DNA from: an archaeon
GTDB taxonomy: Archaea > Asgardarchaeota > Thorarchaeia > Thorarchaeales > Thorarchaeaceae
Direction: 5' to 3'
DNA length: 13,202 nt
NCBI GenBank assembly: GCA_024275415.1
Contig: JAJRZD010000115.1
Location: forward strand, 1-13,202
Under the pieces are notes generated by a model. That model saw nothing but the letters and a program-made list of their open reading frames with translations. It did no database searches and was not told the DNA's origin. A program made the translations under genes and the position numbers. Of the stretch, positions 6,254-13,202 are shown piece after piece (the first letter of the stretch is position 1; the number at the start of each line of letters is the position of its first letter).

Positions 6254-9200
6254 TTGAGTGCCACGGAAACCGTTACAAAACGCAAAGTTGGAGCATCCAC
6301 AATCCTTAGTGCAATTTTCATCGTTGCTATGGTTGTCTGGGGAACCTATTCACTGGTTATGATTTCCATGGACAAAGTTCGCTCGGAAGAACCCCATGTT
6401 CAACTGGAAGACATCGAGCCATGGAACTACAATATTGACTGGGCTGGAGGACGCTCTAACTGGTTTGACGACATCAACTACACCGACCTCCCACTCGACC
6501 AACAGCTCCCCCAGGATCTTCTGGATCAGCTCAATAATACACTTTTTTTGGTTCGTCCTGCTGATCCAGCACAATTGTGGCGTGGTACAGCTTATGACCT
6601 CTACGATGGGTCTGGATGGAGCAAGTCGTTATCCGGAGGTACTTTCTCCCTCTCCCCCATATCGCGAGCTTCAGCCGCCAATCAAATTTATACTATCAGC
6701 ATGAACGTTTCGGTAAGTGCGAACGTGGAACCGATAGAACTGCCGTCTCTCTTCCCAGAGATTCAGGTCATTGAGGACTCTTTTAGGACCATCCCCGCAG
6801 ACGCATTGATTGATTATTACCTCGAAACAGATGAATATGATACGCTATTGTTGTATCCTTTTTTGGCTGGCAATCTTGGCGACACTGTCCTATTGGAATA
6901 TGACATCAGCTATGTCGATCAGGATCTGGCCACCATTGAAGCGAACGCCCTGCATGGTTCAGCTGCTGAGGCCGGTATTGCAACAGACTATGGACGGTCT
7001 GCCACCACAGTCGAACTCTCATCGATTGTATTGGACGAGATTGCGCCTTTCAGATCTGACACAGCCACTGCCTATGAACAAGCCATGGCGGTGGACTTGT
7101 ACTTCAAGACCAACTACGAGTTGATGATGAACGAGAGCCAGATTAATGAGCGACCTGATGGTCAGGAGGTCACTGAATGGCTAATCGAGCGAGGTGGTGG
7201 TCTGCCGATGGATTTTGCCACCGCGTACAGTGTATTCATGAGGGAACTGGACATTCCCGCTAGGATGACAATTGGATATGCGATGGGCGACCCGAATCCC
7301 GATGGTAGTGATTCGCGTCTTGTCAAGGTGCTTCATATGATGTTCTGGGTTGAAGTATTCATCCCTACCAGCACTACAGATGGAGAATGGATCCAAGTTA
7401 TCCCTGTGCCGCTCCCATCGGATTTTGGAGGTGGCGATCTTCCCCAGAACACAGGTGCCAGCAACGTCACCATCCTCGTTGGCACTCCCGAGAATATTGC
7501 ATTGCAGCTGATTGACCCTACCTCACCTCTTATCCCACAATGGTCAATGATTGGTGACCCTTTCAACCTTAGTGCGATGGTTCTGGTCAATGGGCAGCCC
7601 TATGTGGGTTCGGAACCTATCCGTTTTTATGACCTGACGGATGGTGTTGAAATTGGAACGACCCCAATCCAATTCACTCCTGATGGACAGCACTTACCCC
7701 TTGCCAATATCACTTACGCATTTCCTGATGGTTCTACAGTTGGCGCTCACAATATATCCGCAATGTGGATTACCTCCACATTTCTGGCTACCGGCTACAC
7801 ATCTTGGGCGGCAGTTGGACAATCAAGCCCCTCTGTCCCTGTGCAACCTTTCACGTTCACTCCCAGCGAAACCATCCAGATGGACATCAAGCTTGGACTT
7901 AATAACTACACGGCACAGTGGGTAGACACCCTGCATGTGTTCGGGGTCATGACCATTGGTGGTTCCCCTGCTAATGGCACCCGTCTGGCTGAATTGGGGA
8001 ATGACCAGATGTGGATAATGTGGGATGGACTATGGTATGCGAATGCAACCATTGGCCCTGACGGATACTATGAATACTATATCTATCTTGATCCCACAGA
8101 CCTTGTCCGGATGACGGCTGGACAACATAACGTGTCCGCTTTTTATGCAGGCGCAACTGACCCTGAAACAGGGATTCCAGTAGTACTTGCCGGCAGTTCC
8201 GATAATTCTACAGTGACGCTTAGTGCGGTCGTGGGTTTTGATTTGACAGTGACACCAACAACCTCCTATGGTGGAGGCACTATAACCTACGACGGTAACC
8301 TCTACCTCCTGAATGGAACCCAACTCGTTGGAGAAACAGTAGGCATTCTGTTTGACGGCGCAGTGGTGGATACCACTATAACCAATGGCACTGGTGGTTT
8401 CAACTATGGCTATGTTATTCCTCTTGCACAGTCGTCAGGCGACTACCTTGCTCAAGTTAATTTCACCTCTACGATTCCATTAGTGAACGGTAACACTAGT
8501 CTGCCCGTTACAGTGACCGTAGAAAGCGGTGCTACGACTCTTACGATTGATTCGACCCCAAAGGATCCACAGGCTGTTCACACCTACGAGAATATCACGA
8601 TTTTCGGCACACTCACTGTGACCTCTGACGGGACGCCGCTTGGTGGCCGAGTTGTTGACATCTACTGGGACTGGAACAATGGGACTGTACAACTCCTCGG
8701 CTCCAATACGACGGATGCAGTCGGTTATTACACGTTCACCTACCAAATCCCTGCATATTCGGAAGGGCTAGCCACCTACTGGACTGAGTTCAGTTCATTG
8801 GAGCCAAACTATCAGTCTTCTGCCTCACCTATGATGAACATCACTGTGAAACGATATGATGTGATTGTATCCATCGAAACAATCCAGAGTTCAGTGGTCA
8901 TAGGGGAAACGTTGGATATCCAAGGAACTGTCTATCTCCCAGAAATTCCAGCTCTCCTCGGGGGTGTATCAGTGGATCTATGGTGGGATAACGGGTCGAT
9001 ATACAACATTGCCACTGTAGTTACCAATACTGGTACGGGCATCTACATTTTCAACTATACAGTTCCCATTACACACCCTCTTCAAACAGTTTCACTTTGG
9101 GCCAACTACACATCCACCTCTCCCGCACTCTACAGCAACGAGTCGGTTCATCTCCCAATAGTTGTCAGGAACTATGACTCATACATCTCGGTGAATGCGA

Positions 9201-12200
9201 ACTCATCGGTGATTCATCTAAATGAAACTGTGTACATCTACGGTTATCTTGAACATGAGAATGGGACTCCTCTTACGGGAATGCTCGTGACCATCACTTG
9301 GAACAATGGCACAGACTACAACTTCCAAGCTTATACTAATGCCACCGGCTGGTACAACTTCTACTATAATTGTTCTTTATCTCAGGATTCTGAAGGGACC
9401 GTCACAGTCACAGTCGCTCATGTTTCCGTGGACATAACTTACAGTGGCTCAACTGCCATACTGAGCCCCTCTCTTACGCTCCAGCTGTATCAGCTTACGA
9501 TTACTTCGTCCGTGAATCCCAATCCTGTTCATCTTGACGAGTCTTTCATTTTTGATGGTGTCCTTACATTTGATGTGAATGGGAAACCATTAGCAGGTGC
9601 TACTATCTTGATATTCTACCAATATGAGAATGGCACAACATACTCCTTACCAAAGGTGACGAACTCTACTGGCGGGTTCTTATTCCAGTATAACTGTTCA
9701 CTCAGTGACACAATAGGAGCGATATATGTCTGGGGTCAGTACATCAGTAGTGATCCTCTCTGGGACAATGCGACCTCGCTCACGCACACAGTCAATCTGA
9801 TATTATACTCCATGACACTTACGACGTTCACAAATAGCACATCCTATTTCATCGATGAAGCAGTATTTATCTGGGGGCGGTTGACGTATTCGCATAATGG
9901 CACCCCACTGGACAATCAACCTATCACAATCTACTGGCTGGATACAGGATTGCAGACCCTTGGCCCTGTGTATACTAACTCAACTGGCTACTTCAACTAC
10001 ACCTACCAGCTCATGCCCGGGGTAGACCCGGAGGGTTCTGTCACGGTCTGGGCAGCGTTTAACACGACTGTCCCATTATGGGATAATGCGAGTTCCACGC
10101 CTGGGGTGACCTTCTCCGTCACCAGATATGCAGTGACAATCGATATCACTGTGACTCCTAACCCTGTCTACCTCAATGAGACCCTGACTATCCAAGCACA
10201 TGCCTATTTCACTCATAACGGGTCTGACGTAGCATGGATTCTCCTTTCGTTCTATTGGAACAACGGCACAGTTCATCTGCTGGGAAGCTACACGACAGAC
10301 TTGACAGGATGGACACAATTTACGTATTCAGGGATGGACAACGATTCAGTTTGGACTTCGATTGACGTTTATGCGACATTCTCAGGCAATCTCCTCCTTT
10401 CAAGTGCAGAATCGAACCATGTGAGCCTCACACTCCAACAATGGGCCACGCTGTTCGTTAATGTGGGTACAGGAGGAATCACCAGTTACAAGCTTGGTGA
10501 AACTGTGGTGATTACTGGGCTGTTCTATTATGATGTTGTCGGCCCAGACATCCCCTATGGCAGTGCGACCATTGAGGTCCTTGTCGATGGAACACCTGTG
10601 AATACTACCATCACCATATCTGATGGCTCTTTCACTGGCTACTGGACAATTCCTATAGATACCACGACAGGCTCACACGACATAACTGTCAGGTTCACAT
10701 CACCAGTGAACTGGATTGCAGGTACGACATATTCACCTGCTATTTCTCTCACTATCGATGCGGTCAATATCATCTGGACTTTTGATGCCACGCCCGACCC
10801 TGTCTACAGGGGTGAGTGGCTCTACATATCCGGGACTCTGGATTTGGACAACGGGAGTGTGTATGCAGGTGCGACTGTCACGATTTACTGGCAAAGCCCC
10901 TCGCAATCAATACCATCTGAGATTGCAGTGCGCGTGACAGACGGAAGTGGCTTCTTCGAGCTATGGTACCAGGTCAGTGACACTGCAGAACTGGGGCTGA
11001 CGACAATACTAGTTGATTGCTCTTCTGGTACGCCAGTGATTGCCTACAGCACGGCAACCGATCTGGTCACTGTTGAATTGATTCCTGTCGTTCTTATTGG
11101 GAGTGGGAGTGTTACTGACACTATCTATCTAGGTGATACGATTGATTTCTCTGGCACGCTGACCTTTGGCAATGGAACCCCCATGGTCGGGTATGAAGTG
11201 TCGATAATATGGGACTATTCAGTACTAGCCACAATAACCATTGAGGATGCAGTTACTGGCTCCTTCTCTTACTCGTATCTTCTTCCTTGGGACGAGTCGG
11301 TTCGTAACATCACATACTTCATAGAATTCAATAGGCCTTCGGAGGCATATCAAGAATCTCAAACTAACGACACCTATCTGGAGATTCGTGATACGGTCGC
11401 CATAACCTTAGATTCTCAGACTGTAGATGTTGTATTCAGAGGCGACCTTTTGACGATTTCTGGAACTGTCACGAATGGCGGTGGTGCTGATGGAGGTGTC
11501 CCCATCGAGGTGCTGATTGACGGCGCGCCGTCTGGACAATATGATGTGACCGATTCTGAGGGCCGGTTCTCTGTAGATCTCTTGATTCGAAACAGCATCT
11601 CCCCTGACCTTCATAACTTCACTGTATCTATCAACTCCGCCTATTACGATGTAAGCAGTGCTCCTGCATATTGGGAGGTTGAAGTCCACATAACCTCGAC
11701 TATCACCATTGCATTCGATGACCTATCTGATGTAGTACCCACACAGCAGTTTACAATCAGTTTTACAGTGATTGACGAAGACGGCAACACTCCTGTAGGC
11801 GATTATGTTTCGGTATACCTCAATGATACTTACATCACCGATTTACGGATTAGTGACGGTCTTAACACGTGGTCAATCACATTGCCATCGTCTTGGTCAG
11901 GAGGTTCTGGGTACTTTATTGCAGTGGTCGAGTGGGATGGCTCCACCTATGTGGAAGGCGCCGTTGGAGAAACGGATGATTCCATTCATGTGTATGATAG
12001 TGCAGAGTTCACATCATTTGGTCCTCCCTATGCAGCAGTCAACAGCCGTGTCAGACTGACGGGGCAATTGATAGACGGTGCGGGCAACCCTATCGTCGGT
12101 GCTACAATTCGCCTTTATCTGAACCGCACTCCTTCACCTGGTGGTATCTCGGCAACCGTCACTACTGACGCGTCGGGAGTGTTCTCTTATATTCTCCCAT

Positions 12201-12478
12201 CCCAATTCACCGAAACAGGCTCCTATTTCTTCGTTGCAGAGTTTGTTATGGGTGATGGAACACTCGTCACTGGAAGACATGACTTCGAGATCACGCTTGG
12301 AGCCCCACCGGGATTCGACACAGCTTTGTTAATTACGTGGGTTGTAGCAATAGGGATTGAGTTGTTCATTGCAATGGTCATTATTGCACGATACCGATAT
12401 AACCGTGGAAGCTCTAGGTTATTTGGGTTCAGACTTCGAAGCAGGTCGTCGGACATATATGATTCATTGGTAAGGTGA
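6254..12478 (+). CDS. Giant cell-surface protein: TM anchor + TgpA-like transglutaminase-fold module (triad apparently lost) + about 15 Ig-like repeats + C-terminal TM
   Basis: TTG start 7 nt after GAGGT; N-terminal TM (ILSAIFIVAMVVWGTYSLVMI); LWRGTAYDLYDGSGWS (TgpA N-domain-like); DFATAYSVFMRELDIPARMTIGY and WVEVF (TGase core); about 105-aa beta-rich repeats; TM at 12323..12388; Arg-rich tail. Confidence 0.9.
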   Translation: MSATETVTKRKVGASTILSAIFIVAMVVWGTYSLVMISMDKVRSEEPHVQLEDIEPWNYNIDWAGGRSNWFDDINYTDLPLDQQLPQDLLDQLNNTLFLVRPADPAQLWRGTAYDLYDGSGWSKSLSGGTFSLSPISRASAANQIYTISMNVSVSANVEPIELPSLFPEIQVIEDSFRTIPADALIDYYLETDEYDTLLLYPFLAGNLGDTVLLEYDISYVDQDLATIEANALHGSAAEAGIATDYGRSATTVELSSIVLDEIAPFRSDTATAYEQAMAVDLYFKTNYELMMNESQINERPDGQEVTEWLIERGGGLPMDFATAYSVFMRELDIPARMTIGYAMGDPNPDGSDSRLVKVLHMMFWVEVFIPTSTTDGEWIQVIPVPLPSDFGGGDLPQNTGASNVTILVGTPENIALQLIDPTSPLIPQWSMIGDPFNLSAMVLVNGQPYVGSEPIRFYDLTDGVEIGTTPIQFTPDGQHLPLANITYAFPDGSTVGAHNISAMWITSTFLATGYTSWAAVGQSSPSVPVQPFTFTPSETIQMDIKLGLNNYTAQWVDTLHVFGVMTIGGSPANGTRLAELGNDQMWIMWDGLWYANATIGPDGYYEYYIYLDPTDLVRMTAGQHNVSAFYAGATDPETGIPVVLAGSSDNSTVTLSAVVGFDLTVTPTTSYGGGTITYDGNLYLLNGTQLVGETVGILFDGAVVDTTITNGTGGFNYGYVIPLAQSSGDYLAQVNFTSTIPLVNGNTSLPVTVTVESGATTLTIDSTPKDPQAVHTYENITIFGTLTVTSDGTPLGGRVVDIYWDWNNGTVQLLGSNTTDAVGYYTFTYQIPAYSEGLATYWTEFSSLEPNYQSSASPMMNITVKRYDVIVSIETIQSSVVIGETLDIQGTVYLPEIPALLGGVSVDLWWDNGSIYNIATVVTNTGTGIYIFNYTVPITHPLQTVSLWANYTSTSPALYSNESVHLPIVVRNYDSYISVNANSSVIHLNETVYIYGYLEHENGTPLTGMLVTITWNNGTDYNFQAYTNATGWYNFYYNCSLSQDSEGTVTVTVAHVSVDITYSGSTAILSPSLTLQLYQLTITSSVNPNPVHLDESFIFDGVLTFDVNGKPLAGATILIFYQYENGTTYSLPKVTNSTGGFLFQYNCSLSDTIGAIYVWGQYISSDPLWDNATSLTHTVNLILYSMTLTTFTNSTSYFIDEAVFIWGRLTYSHNGTPLDNQPITIYWLDTGLQTLGPVYTNSTGYFNYTYQLMPGVDPEGSVTVWAAFNTTVPLWDNASSTPGVTFSVTRYAVTIDITVTPNPVYLNETLTIQAHAYFTHNGSDVAWILLSFYWNNGTVHLLGSYTTDLTGWTQFTYSGMDNDSVWTSIDVYATFSGNLLLSSAESNHVSLTLQQWATLFVNVGTGGITSYKLGETVVITGLFYYDVVGPDIPYGSATIEVLVDGTPVNTTITISDGSFTGYWTIPIDTTTGSHDITVRFTSPVNWIAGTTYSPAISLTIDAVNIIWTFDATPDPVYRGEWLYISGTLDLDNGSVYAGATVTIYWQSPSQSIPSEIAVRVTDGSGFFELWYQVSDTAELGLTTILVDCSSGTPVIAYSTATDLVTVELIPVVLIGSGSVTDTIYLGDTIDFSGTLTFGNGTPMVGYEVSIIWDYSVLATITIEDAVTGSFSYSYLLPWDESVRNITYFIEFNRPSEAYQESQTNDTYLEIRDTVAITLDSQTVDVVFRGDLLTISGTVTNGGGADGGVPIEVLIDGAPSGQYDVTDSEGRFSVDLLIRNSISPDLHNFTVSINSAYYDVSSAPAYWEVEVHITSTITIAFDDLSDVVPTQQFTISFTVIDEDGNTPVGDYVSVYLNDTYITDLRISDGLNTWSITLPSSWSGGSGYFIAVVEWDGSTYVEGAVGETDDSIHVYDSAEFTSFGPPYAAVNSRVRLTGQLIDGAGNPIVGATIRLYLNRTPSPGGISATVTTDASGVFSYILPSQFTETGSYFFVAEFVMGDGTLVTGRHDFEITLGAPPGFDTALLITWVVAIGIELFIAMVIIARYRYNRGSSRLFGFRLRSRSSDIYDSLVR
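7460..12300 (+). repeat. Tandem array of about 15 diverged Ig-like (bacterial Ig/invasin-like) protein repeats
   Basis: Recurring pattern [V/Y]xxGExxxIxGxL...NGTPLxGxxVxIxWxNG...TxxxGxFxxxY...W with a period of about 100-110 aa. The repeat is visible at protein level only. Confidence 0.75.
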
Positions 12479-12479
12479 T

Positions 12480-12938
12480 ATGATGCAGTTACTCAATATA
12501 GCAATGCCAGCGATTGCGCTCACTGGAGCAGTCATTGTGGTGCTCTTGTACCTGTACTATGTTAAAGGGATGTTTCGTAGCACCCCTCGAACTGTAACAT
12601 CTGTGGACATTCCTGGCAAACTACGGAACATAAAGAAGCTGGCTGATGCTGGCAAGTACGAAGGCGCGATAACCCTTGCATATCGCACTTTTGAGCAGAT
12701 GTGTGGGATGAAGATGGGTTCGGAGCGGATGCCCTCTGAAACCGCTCGCGAGTACATTGAGCGTGTATTGAAGGCTATACCTCTTGACGCAGAATCTGTA
12801 GAGTCCTTTGTGCAAGCATATGAGGAATCCCGGTTCTCGAATCACACTGTGACCAGAGACCGTTACGAGCTTGCAATCAAGATATTCACTGACATCTACC
12901 CCCGGATTGAGGGTGCTACCATAACTAGGGCGCGATGA
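12480..12938 (+). CDS. Membrane-anchored DUF4129-domain protein
   Basis: N-terminal TM, then AGKYEGAITLAY, PSETAREY and YEESRFSNH, the DUF4129 pattern. Starts 1 nt after the upstream stop, which lies inside an AGGTGA RBS. Confidence 0.8.
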   Translation: MMQLLNIAMPAIALTGAVIVVLLYLYYVKGMFRSTPRTVTSVDIPGKLRNIKKLADAGKYEGAITLAYRTFEQMCGMKMGSERMPSETAREYIERVLKAIPLDAESVESFVQAYEESRFSNHTVTRDRYELAIKIFTDIYPRIEGATITRAR

Positions 12939-12959
12939 TATGATGATGCGATTCCAGTT

Positions 12960-12966
12960 GGAGTGA
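12960..12966 (+). promoter_or_regulatory. Shine-Dalgarno site of the DUF4350-like gene
   Basis: GGAGTGA with a 5-nt spacer to ATG 12972. Confidence 0.5.
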
Positions 12967-12971
12967 TATAG

Positions 12972-13202
12972 ATGGGTTGGAAGGAAGCTCTGCAGATTAC
13001 AGTCTTCATTCTGGCATTGATCCCGATTGGATACCTTGGCATCACTACGATGGCTAACTATAATCAGGAGTACCAATATGACTTTTCCATCTACAACACA
13101 AACTGGAATGGTTTGAGTGAGTTCAGGACAGATATCGAACAAAGTGGGTATCGTGTACAGACAATACAATCCTCTATGAGCGTTATCAGTAGGTATCGCG
13201 GG
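12972..13202 (+). CDS. DUF4350-like secreted/membrane protein, N-terminal 77 aa (runs off the right edge; absent from the ORF track)
   Basis: Manual translation: MGWKEALQITVFILALIPIGYLGITTMANYNQEYQYDFSIYNTNWNGLSEFRTDIEQSGYRVQTIQSSMSVISRYRG. TM/signal helix followed by FSIYNTNWNGLSEF, matching the archaeal DUF4350 N-terminal motif (FSxYNxxWNGxSxF); typical DUF4129 context. Confidence 0.75.
   Translation, partial: MGWKEALQITVFILALIPIGYLGITTMANYNQEYQYDFSIYNTNWNGLSEFRTDIEQSGYRVQTIQSSMSVISRYRG

Noticed and set aside
6254-12478. Diversity-generating retroelement target or DNA-level tandem repeats in the giant gene
   Set aside because: No near-identical nucleotide repeat pair or reverse transcriptase seen; repeats are diverged and detectable only at protein level.
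12557-13169. Minus-strand ORFs 12557..12757 and 12621..13169
   Set aside because: Antisense to the DUF4129 and DUF4350-like genes, which have clear motifs and RBSs.

Overview
Archaeal chromosomal window with no mobile element, tRNA/rRNA or CRISPR array. The gene set and GGAGG/GGTGA ribosome-binding sites are archaeal; an Asgard/Thorarchaeia-like origin is my inference. Left half: a partial membrane-protein gene (-), a trimeric dUTPase (+), a tightly coupled minus-strand run (threonine-synthase-like PLP enzyme > FCY1-type cytosine deaminase > NOL1/NOP2/Sun RNA m5C methyltransferase > NIP7/PUA protein), a CYTH/CyaB protein (+), an intergenic stretch with a candidate C/D-box guide RNA and a perfect 11-bp hairpin, a membrane-anchored OB-fold-like protein (-) and an HD hydrolase (-). 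Right half: the start of a surface-system operon. Its first gene encodes a 2074-aa protein: N-terminal membrane anchor, TgpA-like transglutaminase module whose Cys-His-Asp triad appears replaced by Pro-Met-Ile, about 15 Ig-like repeats with about 50 N-glycosylation sequons, and a C-terminal TM helix. A stand-alone TM-DUF4129 gene and a truncated DUF4350-like gene follow. This operon is the most interesting element. All family calls come from motif recognition by eye; no database search was run.
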